64,000 bases of DNA from Antedon mediterranea (Eukaryota > Animalia > Echinodermata), in contig NC_092672.1 of assembly GCF_964355755.1 (NCBI RefSeq), positions 1,240,001-1,304,000 of the forward strand, written 5' to 3'. The notes beneath the pieces were generated by a model, which saw nothing but the letters and a program-made list of their open reading frames with translations, did no database searches and was not told the DNA's origin. Below are positions 38,393 to 49,437 of the stretch, piece after piece. Numbering within the stretch: the stretch's first letter is position 1; every line of letters begins with the position of its first letter. The position numbers and the translations under genes were made by a program.

Positions 38393-38788
38393 GGCCCATT
38401 TACACTAGGACGATAACGATCGACGATAAATAGACAAATGTGCATTTTTCATACATAAACAAACGAAATATAAAACCTTTTCATTCTAAAACTATAGAAT
38501 AACCTTCTATGCTTCCTTTGATGAAAATGATATTTTCACACGTCCAATCAAATGACGTCATGATTAGTAAGAGCAATAATATCGTGACAATACAACGATT
38601 TTATTGTTTTTATTTATCATGACGCCATTTGATTGGAATTTTAAAAATATTATTTTTATCAAAGACAGCATAAATGATTATCCTATAGTTCTAGAACGAA
38701 AACCTTTCTAATTTATTTTGTTTTATGTAAAAAAAATGCATGTTTATATATTTATCGTTCATAGTTATCGTCCTAGTATAAATGGGCC
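38393..38788. mobile_element. Foldback MITE with TTAA TSD (Kolobok-like, starts GG)
   Basis: TTAA|GGCCCATTTACACTAGGACGATAAC...GTTATCGTCCTAGTATAAATGGGCC|TTAA; imperfectly palindromic along its whole length. Confidence 0.8.
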
Positions 38789-39089
38789 TTAAGCTTAAGT
38801 GTGAATGGTGAATACAGCCACAGCACTCTATTAACTTGGGGAACACATTCCTCAAGTGGCTAGAGTATTAACTTCTATTGGATTCCAAAAGTGTCCATTA
38901 TCTTACTTCCCTGCTATTCTTAACTTACAAGCAAAATTGCTTAACTACTTCTATACAAATGAGTATATATAAGGTAATAATATAATTTACCTATTCATTT
39001 TTAGAAAAATATAATTTATTTTAACCAATCAATGGTTTACTTGTAAATACCTAATAAATAAACCATATGGTAATAGAATCAACTCTTCC

Positions 39090-39243
39090 AATACCGGATT
39101 AGCTTTCCTTTCAGCGCTTCCCCATTTCTTGAGGTCAAAAAGGTCCCAAATCCTTTTTACCATTAAATACCGGATTAGATTTCCTTTCAGCGCTACCCCA
39201 TTTCTTGAGGTCAAAAAGGTCCCAAATCCTTTTTACCATTAAA
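39090..39243. repeat. 76-bp direct duplication
   Basis: ATACCGGATTAG.TTTCCTTTCAGCGCT.CCCATTTCTTGAGGTCAAAAAGGTCCCAAATCCTTTTTACCATTAA x2. Confidence 0.9.
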
Positions 39244-39811
39244 AAAAATGTAGAAAACCAGACATACTGTATTATTGCAGCTAAATGTTGTCCGCCGGTA
39301 TTGGTAGAGTTGAGTGAATCTGATAATATACTGTACTTTTAGCTAACACAGTACGATTGGTCAGTCTGTGTCGACTTTCTCTTAAAGCAACTTTTTATTA
39401 CACAATGCGACTGCAAACTTATTAACTATATGCATACAAAGCAATCACACGAATACTTTTTATAGCAAAAGACAGAAATTCTAAACTGCACAATAATGCA
39501 ATAATAATAATATCATGTAAAACCATCACCTTAATTAAATATCTGTCAGTGTTCTTTGTCTGATATTTTTATGTATTGTTTTTTTCGTTTTGTAATGCAC
39601 ACAATTAGCTTTTCTAGCATATAGAAAAGCATAAACCAAAATACAGTAAATAAATAAAGAAAAATGGGCCAAAACCCCAAAGTATTGGGATAATAGTGTC
39701 TTAAAGCAGCCTCATATGGAATGCAAAAAAATATGTCCAAATTGATAATATTAATGTTACATATTGCAATAAAAACCTATTTATTAGTACTTTTTTATTT
39801 TATGATAAAGG

Positions 39812-40340
39812 TGATCTAACGTAACTAATGCGTTCTATGATCTAACGTTAACTAACGTGATCAAACGTTAACTAACGCGATCTAATGTTAACTAACACGA
39901 TCTAACGTTAACTAACGCAATCTAACGTTAATTAACATGATTCAACAATAACATGATCTAACGTTAACTAACCATAACTAACGCGATCTAACGTTAACTA
40001 ACGCAATCTAACGTTAACTAACGCAATCTAACGTTAACTAACGCAATCTAACGTTAATTAACATGATTCAACGATAAAATGATCTAACGATAACATGATC
40101 TAACGTTAACTAACCATAACTAACGCGATCTAACGTTAACTAACGCAATCTAACGTTAACTAACATGATTCAACGATAACATGATCTAACGTTAACTAAC
40201 CATAACTAACGCGATCTAACGTTAACTAACGCAATCTAACATTAACTAACATGATTCAACGATAACATGATCTAACGTTAACTAACCATAACTAACGCGA
40301 TCTAACGTAAACAAACGCAATTTAATGCTAACAAACGCAA
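39812..40340. repeat. Compound 20-bp minisatellite (GATCTAACGTTAACTAACGC) with shorter subunits
   Basis: Tandem array downstream of the sialyltransferase stop codon. Confidence 0.92.
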
Positions 40341-40582
40341 GGTTATTTGTACTTACTCAAAATATGCTATTGAATACTCAACGGAAAATCTACACTCAAC
40401 ATTAATTCAAAATCAAAGATGTCAAATCCCAAAATATAAATAATGAACTCTATCTCATTTATGCTGTTTAAATTTAAAAATTTATAATCTAACATTTACT
40501 GAGTCGCATAAAAAATGATGAGCAAGATACAACAGTATCTTCAGTGGGAAAGACAACGGTTTTAAAATATCAATTATCTGAA

Positions 40583-40871
40583 CTATAGGTGGCGACGTTT
40601 TACTGGGTACCTTTTCTTGATCAATTTTGCTTTGTTCTGATTCTTCATAAACGGTGTCTCAATCTTTTTTTCATCCATTGTGATGTTCCATGAAGGTGCG
40701 TGAAACGTCATGTTGTAACGTCGACCCCAACGGGCAAAAACTGCTTTCTCCGTCAAAAATCTATGTCCAGTTCCTTTGCGTGCTTCATTCCATGAGTAGT
40801 ACTTGCACTCAGCCAAGCTGCTGTTTGGACTTTGATAATAATGGTACTTCTTTATCTCACCTGGATGTGTT
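40583..40871 (-). CDS. Sialyltransferase exon 5 (motifs III, VS)
   Basis: KYHYY...EC.YY..NE...GHRFLTEKAVFARW..F..PSW. Confidence 0.92.
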
Positions 40872-43800
40872 CTGAAAAACCAAATGACAAGTTAGAACAC
40901 TTTAATTATATAATAGAAAGATAGCTAAATAATAAGGTCATTGATCAGGTGTTGAAAAGTGTAGTGGATTGGTCCAAAGTGCTTTAAGCTCTGTCTACAC
41001 TATCAAATTAGTTTGAAAAAAAAAAATGTGTTATGTGCACAAGTGGTAGTGATATGATACATCCTGTCCATATATGGGCATATCACATTGATTTTTTTTG
41101 TCACATAAAGTTTGATAGTGTAGACAGAGCTTTACTGTACAGTATAAATGCACTGTACAGTATAAATGCTAATGTTTTGTTGTTAAGTTATTATACAGTT
41201 TGTTTTCTATTATATTTAGTACTAAAGATCCCAGTAAGACGTGGATTCCATCTATTTGGGATCCGTTAACTGTTCAGTTATTCATCATCTATTTAGGATC
41301 CGTTAACTGTTCAGTTATTCATCATCTATTTAGGATCCGTTAACTGTTCAGTTATTCATCATCTATTTGGGATCCGTTAACTGTTCAGTTATTCATCATC
41401 TATTTGGGATCCGTTAACTGTTCAGTTATTCATCATCTATTTGGGATCCGTTAACTGTTCAATTATTCATCATCTATTTGCTATTATATTATTGTTTTGT
41501 TATTTTACAGTTTTAAATAAAAATAAATGTCTATTAAAAGTTTACATTAACAGGTGGAACAGAACCGTGGAGCGGGGTTACTTACTGGCAATGATCCTCC
41601 GGTATAAACCCATACAAATTCACTTTGTCACAGATGTCAATGGCCATAAGCATGGTGAACCAGCCAGTTGATAACCATGTCTTGGTTTTTTGTCTGTCAA
41701 TAAAAAAAACACTAAAATACTTAAACTGTACAATTGCCATTTTTAGTGTTAACATACTGTAGTGTAATAGTACTGTAGCAGACTTTGATAATATGTAATT
41801 TTCTAATGTTATTAAAAGTTAGTGAAATTTTGATTTAATATTCACAATTATGGGAAATTCCCCAGCAAAATGAAATTATTATGGACAATTTAATAATTCT
41901 ATGTGATGTAAAGGCCTTCTTCTGGATTTTCCTCATTGTGCATTGGAGCATTAAATCACAGCATTGTACAATTTTGTTTTTATGACCACCAAGCAAAACT
42001 ACAATACAATGTCAAGTTAACAACTCTACTGCACCTGCTCAAACCCGTCTCCTTCTCAAAGATGATACCTGCGTAATCTTCCCCCTTGAGGGACTCGGCA
42101 TAGAACTTGGTATTGGGGTACAATTTTGGCAATGTTTTGGCAGCCTTTAGTATCCCTTCATGCTTCTTTTGGTACAAACCCCAAGTGATAACAACATCAG
42201 GAGACACATCGCCAGCAAACAGATATTTTTGATTAATGTACGCCTTCACAGCATTAAAGGAACCCATGCGGATAGTTGTGCGATTTCCGACGTCCTCATG
42301 ATAGATTCCGGAAGGAGCATTGTTCATTCGAATCACACATTGGTTGGCGTCAATTTCTTTTCCGAGTCCTCGTCCCATCAGCTGTCCAGAGCTGGATACC
42401 AGCGCGCACACGCTGCAGTTGTAATCTAGCGTCTGAAAAACATTAAATCAATTTAAGAGATCATGTAAAAAATATTCTACTGCAGTTACTATATTTGCTT
42501 ACTTAATATAAACTTGTGATAGTTTGTTCCTATATGAAGTTCATTATAAAGATGTATTGTCTCCCAAAAACATGAAAAATGAAGATTAATTAAATCAGAC
42601 TTTTAATGTTATTTTGTAGTTTTAATAAAGTTAATCACTTCCATAGAAAAACAAATGAAAACAAATAAAGTTTTCACTTATATAAATTGACAAAATAAAT
42701 GGTTAAATTCAACCAAAAACCCACTGGCTGGCTGCCAATTTGACAATTTTTTGCTTTTTCGATTCAATTTTTGGTCAAAGTTTCATTAAAATGGCATATT
42801 CAACAAAAATGTTGTTAAGAATTATTTTTTCAAGTGGACAATACATCTTTAAGGTAAACACTGTAAATAGGAACAGTGTGTATAATTACAAAGAAGTAGG
42901 CACAGACAACACTTATTTGTCCATTCGAGTCCATATCATGATCTTTAGAATAATTACGATACGATAGTATTGTCATTTACACAACAAGATACAAATGAAA
43001 TTTGGTTGATTACATTTGATATAAATACAATAACAAAGAAATTACAGCAATCTAACCAACTTGCTATTAAATACATGAATCGAATAATGTATACCTGTTT
43101 ACTATCTGCTAAAGATATGTAATATTTTCTGACAGAAATGATTTCAGGTGGTTTTGTGGGCTTTACTACTTTACTGCTGTTGGCTGATGTCTTCTCATTT
43201 TCTTCTCTTGTTTTTATCAAAGTTTTATTCACATAAAGAAAAGTGTCCTCTTGAGCAGGTATATGATATAGTTTTGTGAGTAATAGAGATGTCGCGTTGG
43301 CATTCAAATAGTCAGATCGTACTTTGGCATGCGAGTTGACATACTGTTGTGTGTAGAACATACAAAAACATATCATAAATATTCCATAGCAAACCAAAGT
43401 ATATAGAAGAATTTGTTTGTTCTGAAACGAAAAGAAAAGCATGTGTAAAAATCAGAAATATGCTGTAGCCACCATCATGTATGATGCAGCTAGGCACAGT
43501 AGGACCTTGTTTTGCCAAAACCCCTACACATTATAGTAGCATGAATAATTTAGTTAATAAATAAATATAAATAATTTAATAATAATTAATAAATAAACAT
43601 CACATTCACTCACTCTGCTCATCAAAAATACAAAACGGTACTATACTACTATATAGGCTACATTACAACTCAACAAAAAAATGTTCACTCTACTCTACTA
43701 GCCTACCTAGGCACACAGTTGTATTTGCAGTCCGCCTACTATCTAACAAGGAGCAAATACCAAATGACATAAAAGATTCACAAACAATTTCAATATTTAA

Positions 43801-44290
43801 GGCTGCTCTAACAAAACACTATATTTCATGTTATGTATAATTTATTTGTATTTTTCTTGTATATGGTTTTATCTTTAACTGATTGTATTGTATGGAGTGA
43901 GTGCAGAATCTGTTTGGGCTTTAGCCTATTCTCATTCCTGGTTATTTTTACATTGATGACCGAATAAATATTATTATAACAACCGAAAAAAAAAAAAAAA
44001 AAGAAACCTAAAATACCCAAAAATACCGGGCATAAATACTAAGGCATCTAATCCATGGTTTAGGCCTACACGGATTACACGAATCCTCTAGTTAGCATAC
44101 TTTTTAGAGAGAGGCCTGGTCACCGGTTGCTCTCTGAGTGATAGTAGAGATACTCAGCTGATATCCGCCTATCTATAGTCTAGAGGTCTATTATGCCACC
44201 CACTAGAGAGAGTAGTTTAAGTAGGCCTAGTAAGCCTAGTAGTAGTAGACTAGCCTTTCTAGGCCAAGACAGTAAGTAACTCACCTCCAT
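40583..44290 (-). CDS. GT29 alpha-2,6-sialyltransferase, ST6GalNAc3/4/5/6-like type II membrane protein, ~375 aa
   Basis: Exons 44290-44285 (ATG GAG|gtgagt; least certain), 43421-43095 (TM anchor + stem), 42432-42035, 41693-41586, 40871-40583. Sialylmotif L CALVSSSGQLMG..EID..CVIRMNNAP..DVG.RTTIR, motif S STGWFTMLMAIDICDKVNLYGF, motif III YHYY and motif VS HRFLTEK are present. Confidence 0.9.
40987..41131. mobile_element. MITE family A
   Basis: TIRs, TTA TSD. Confidence 0.85.
41249..41480. repeat. 37-bp tandem repeat x6 (intronic)
   Basis: CATCTATTTGGGATCCGTTAACTGTTCAGTTATTCAT. Confidence 0.95.
41586..41693 (-). CDS. Sialyltransferase exon 4 (sialylmotif S)
   Basis: TWLSTGWFTMLMAIDICDKVNLYGFIPEDHC. 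Confidence 0.92.
42035..42432 (-). CDS. Sialyltransferase exon 3 (sialylmotif L)
   Basis: CSVCALVSSSGQLMGRGLGKEIDANQCVIRMNNAP. Confidence 0.92.
42550..42848. mobile_element. MITE family D
   Basis: Homologous to 53759-54106 with the same TIRs. Confidence 0.82.
43095..43421 (-). CDS. Sialyltransferase exon 2 (signal anchor, stem)
   Basis: NKQILLYTLVCYGIFMICFCMFY hydrophobic anchor; AG/GT bounded, 327 nt. Confidence 0.82.
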
Positions 44291-44379
44291 AATAAAACTA
44301 TACTTTTAATAATCATTGGTGTTTATTTTGAAAGTACATTTTATACTATAGTATAAAAACGGGACCAAACACAAATCGA

Positions 44380-44530
44380 CGAACAAGTTGATAACTTGGC
44401 TGTTCTTAAGATCTTATAGATACACGACACTGACATGATGTACGCGTCGGTGGGTTTGCGCTATTTACTTTCTATTGACTATGGTGTGGGTGCGTACGTC
44501 GTCAACGTCATAAATAAGAGCGCCACCATG
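44380..44530 (-). promoter_or_regulatory. Probable sialyltransferase promoter
   Basis: CpG-enriched patch 100-240 bp upstream of the putative ATG exon. Confidence 0.35.
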
Positions 44531-45959
44531 CTTTCAGCAAGGTTGAAGACCATATTATTTTAAAGGATTTAAAACACAAGGGACAAAGGAGTGTAAATAT
44601 AGTAGGCTTAATTAAATTGTAGATTCAGAAAGTGTAAAACAACAGCAATGACACAAATTACCGGATAATATTATTGTTTTAATTTCAAGTGCACATAATC
44701 ATGACGAATTACATTGTTTCATCTTTATTTTCGATTGTTATTTGGATCAAAGGATAAACAAATCAAACATAATCATAGGCCCGGGTGCATCCCGACCTCC
44801 CTGATCATTAAATTAAAAATAATTTTATTCGGATGACATGATTATCGTTGATAATTATTTCTCGACACACAGAACCTTTATGGATAGGCCTATTATGGAT
44901 TAAATTTTTATCGGATAATTAAATTTGATTCGAAATTAGTCCGGGTATACCAAGTACCACTGAGTAGGCCTACACAGTCGATGTTTATATAATAAGTTTA
45001 TATATTGATAATTAGTTGAATACACAGTCTTTGTTGTCACAGAAGTATTCACTTTGACCAAAATTGGATCGATAAAAGGAATATTAATCTGAAGAAATGA
45101 TATAGGCCTACCATCCTACATGGGGGCCTACTAATTAGGAATAGTCTATGAAATTGAATTTAAGCATTACATTTCATCTTTATTAATAATTCGATGTTTA
45201 AGGGCAATACATCTTTGGGTGTAAATAGACCACCCTCGTAAAATATTGTTAGAATAAAATAAATTAAAATTTAAAAATAAATGGTTTATAGGACTGACGT
45301 GTGAACGGAACTCTTGGTCTCTAAGACACGAAAATAACATTCCGGGGATAGAAGACTACACGTCCGTATAAAGTAAAAAATTTAATTTAACAACATCATC
45401 ATCATCTAAAATAAAATACATTAAAAATGACACTACAGAGACTACATTGAGTTCTACGCCTATATGTTTTAACTTTATACTACTAAGTACTATGATCATG
45501 TTTTAATATCACACATCACAGGGTAGTAATTTTGCTTTACTGTCGTGAGATATTTAAGTCACAGATAATATTCAATCTCCTAGCGTTCCAGCCCCCCATC
45601 AATTTGCCTCATCCCATAAATGGAGGTACAGTAGACTTACATCTCAGAGATACAAACAAGTAAACAATACTATAAATAGGCCTACAAATAATCAATATAT
45701 TTACTTTTTGAATGATCCTTATAAATGACATGGCATGCACAGTCTTCCCCATACAGTCGACATCAGTCCTAAAATGTTAATGCCAATATGAGTAGCTTTT
45801 TAATATTGCACACGTTTTAGTGATTAATTTTTATTACGATGGGTGATTGAATGCATAGGCCTACGTTTTGTTTGACCAGGTTCGAATTATTGATTTTCTC
45901 CCACGGTTTATGATTTAACAGCTGAAGATGCGCTGACGCTGAGTTCGGATTTAGGGACG

Positions 45960-46540
45960 ATCCATCGCGTCGTGATTGGTCTAAATTACTAAAGCTTTGT
46001 ACTCCACACTCTAGAGGCGCAATACAAGGACGTAACGCAGCGTAAATGATTTAAAGCGTGGTTCCCCACTAGCGACGCAACACAAGGACGTAACGCAACG
46101 CAAGAGAATTGACCAATCACAAGCGATGGCTTATTCGCTTGTGATTGCTCTGTCTATAACTTTGCTTGTCATTGGTTAAAACGCTTGCTTTGCGTTTACG
46201 TCCTTGCGTTACGTTCTAGTGGGAACCAAGCTTTACCAATGAGAATTGAAGCGATAGATTATTCGAACTGTCGCTTGTCATTGGTCAACTTGCCTGCGTC
46301 TACGTCCTCGCGTTGCGTCCTAGTAGTGGGAGAACAAATCTGAACTTGGTTCACACTCATGCGTGGTTCCCGCTAGAGACGCAACACAACGTCGTTCTAG
46401 TGGAACCACGCTTTACAAGCGATGAATTATACAATGGGTCGCTTGTCATTGGTCAACTCCCGCTTGGGTTGCGTCCTAGTGAGAGCCAAGCTTTACATCA
46501 GGACGCAACGCGAGGACGCAGACACAACGCAAGTAAAACA
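45960..46540. mobile_element. Nested cluster of MITE family B copies
   Basis: A young copy (46054-46233) is inserted in an older copy (~45991-46341), flanked by further fragments. Confidence 0.8.
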
Positions 46541-47515
46541 AGCGTATCGATGTATAATTACTGCTGTTGACATAAAATATATGTATTAAAATGCATCAAA
46601 TGCTAAATCACCATATCCAACTACTAATAACAACGCTTCATAGTGATGTTTGTCAGTGTATGTTAAATAATCAATATTCAATTCACCAATATTATATCTA
46701 CGTAATCATGTGACATTTACAACAAGATAAGGAACTGTACAACACGCCTGCATAATAATAAGCCTATGTTATAAGTTATTATGGTGTGGTATGATTAAAT
46801 TTTAGAGGGATGTTTCAGTGTTTAGTAGGTAGAGGTTCACATCAGTGGCCGGCTTTATGTTGGTCTTGGATCTTATGAACTAATATTATACTGTGTATGT
46901 TTGTATTGTTTGTAACCAACTTGCCCATTGGCCCATGGTTTTATCTTCCAAATTTTTTTAAAATAAATTAATAATAGTAATTATAAACCTTAACCACCCT
47001 TGTCCTATTTCAAGCAGTACTTGTTAATACCAGGTCGATGACGTCATCTATTGTTATGTGCAATACATAAAAATAGAGATAACTAGATAACGATCTCCCA
47101 TCTTTACAATACTGTACATCGTCATTAAGTTTATTATAAACACAACAATATTAATTATAATATTCTTATGTCAGCTTCAACATGCGTGGATGCATCTGTT
47201 AAGACAGGTGAATAAAAACACGTAACAATTACTTTATTTACATAATTTTTTTAATAAGAGTACAGTACTATAACAATGAACGTATACAACGTTTATTCGC
47301 CGTAAAAAACACAGTGATGAGTACTATACCAGGGAAGAGTGCAATTAAACTCTTCCCTGATTAGTACAGTGTTAATTCTATATGCAGTCTCCTTATCAAC
47401 AACAAATAACGATTACAACTTATATATTTCTGTGTCTACATCAGTTTAGTCTAGCAGAAGTGACGTACACTTAATCTATATGTACGGCAGTACAGCGGTG
47501 TAAATGAAGTTGAAA

Positions 47516-47806
47516 AAAATGGTACAATCTACCACCATTCAAAAATGGTACATTGTACCACAACCATTAAAGAATGGTACATTTACTACAACCATTAAAG
47601 AATAGTACACTGTACCACAACCACTCACAAAATGGTACACTGTACCACAACCATTCACATATTATGGTACACTGTACCACAACCATTCACATATGATACA
47701 CTGTACCACAACCATTCACAAATGGTACACTGTACCACAACCATTCACAAAATGGTACACTGTACCACAACCATTCACAAATGGTATACTGTACCACAAC
47801 CATTCT
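47516..47806. repeat. ~30-bp tandem repeat x~9 with internal hairpin TGGTACACTGTACCA
   Basis: AATGGTACACTGTACCACAACCATTCACA. Confidence 0.92.
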
Positions 47807-48459
47807 TACCACATTGCAAACCCATGATTGTTTATTTTATTTTCTAATAAAAAAAATTCCCAAAAATCTCCCCAACATGATCTAAAATTTGTCTGTAATT
47901 CCTCTCTTTGCTATCGTTCCTTATCGATGACGTTTTCTTAATTAATTTACATTCTAACTCTCTACAGCTATATCTGTTACTTTCTCCACTAGATTTCATC
48001 CCATATTTGCGTTATCTTTATCAATTAGGATTTTCTGTAAAAGCTAGAAAGTACTGAAATACAGAATTGGTTCTCATCTAGCACACAATTTGTACAAATC
48101 ATTAAGGCCAAAACCGAAGTAAGAGAAAGGCTTACAATCCCAAGTTTGTAAGCAAACACTTACAAATGCAAATTACTCACAATTCAATTGTGTTTTTTAA
48201 CACTTATCACCAACTTGTCTTCAGACCACAGAGAGGGTTTTACTCGAGTCACTATTGTATTGCAAACGAGGGTGGACGTGACGTCCTGTCGAGAGAAATT
48301 CAAACCCGTTTAAAGTTCTTGCGCCGACCTAAAAACCATGGATGGAGGGCTTGTCATACGACACAATCTGAGTTCGCTTTTAAACAACCAATACCTACTC
48401 ATTTTATGTAGTTGATAAATTAAATATTCTATTTTTGTTACAGATCTTATTTTTAATGT

Positions 48460-49437
48460 TTAGTGTCTTGCAAAGTGATGTCTCTCCAACATTCGTTGAT
48501 GTTCTTCGTGAATAGCCAGAACCTCATTCATGTGACCTGGAACTAAATGACCCGGTGCGATCAAATGCGGTGGAGGGTGACCTGCAGAAGATGGTGGTGG
48601 AGGAAGAGGACTGTATGGTAACGACGTGGGAGGACCACTGGCTGGTTCATTTCCACGCATTACCATGTGATCCGGATGAAGATGGAGGTGTGTGTGCGAA
48701 TGCGAGTGTGAATGATGATGTGGTGTTGACCCAGGTCGGTTCGCGGCGATCAACTGATCATTAATGGCCGCCATTTGCTCAGAGTGTAACCGTTCAGCTG
48801 TTAACCTATCCATCTGGCCAGGAGGTAAGCACGGATGCACTGCTGGATGTTTATCCATTGGATGCGCAAAATGTAAATATGGGGGTATGCCTGCAATCTG
48901 ATGCGGAGCAATAACCGTTTCCCCCGGATGGTGAATGGCGTAGGCCGGTATTGGTGTTCCGCTTCCGTAGAAACCTTCAAATCCTGGTTTCATTTCCCGG
49001 AATTCTCTTTCACGTCGTTCTCGTAGTTCTAATTCGTGTCTACGAAGCTCTCTTTCCTGATGTTCACGTATCTCTCGTTCTCGCATATCACGTTCTCTTA
49101 ATTCACGTTCCCGTAACTCTCGCTCCACTAGATCAATCTGCGCTTCGCGGTTGGCGCCAAGATACATCGACTGCATCTGCATACGCATAATAGGGTCTGG
49201 TCCCACAAGGTTTGTGTAGTCTCTCTGCAACGGATGCCCTGGTGGTAGGCCGACATGAGGGCGTGCATACTCTCGCAGAGTGTGTAAGGCAGGCATGTCA
49301 TGTGGTGGATATTGTATGTGCGGTGACCGATGCTGAGGTACGTAAGCATGAGGTGGGGGTGGCCCGCGCTGTAACCCATACGATCCTGTGATCTGTGCAT
49401 CTGCTGTAACATTGGCTGGTGGAGTTAAAGGTCTTGT
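48460..49437 (-). CDS. RERE: RERE last exon (RE repeats, His-rich)
   Basis: [25 protein letters not shown]..., [11 protein letters not shown], stop. Confidence 0.93.
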   Translation of the reverse strand, partial: TRPLTPPANVTADAQITGSYGLQRGPPPPHAYVPQHRSPHIQYPPHDMPALHTLREYARPHVGLPPGHPLQRDYTNLVGPDPIMRMQMQSMYLGANREAQIDLVERELRERELRERDMREREIREHQERELRRHELELRERREREFREMKPGFEGFYGSGTPIPAYAIHHPGETVIAPHQIAGIPPYLHFAHPMDKHPAVHPCLPPGQMDRLTAERLHSEQMAAINDQLIAANRPGSTPHHHSHSHSHTHLHLHPDHMVMRGNEPASGPPTSLPYSPLPPPPSSAGHPPPHLIAPGHLVPGHMNEVLAIHEEHQRMLERHHFARH

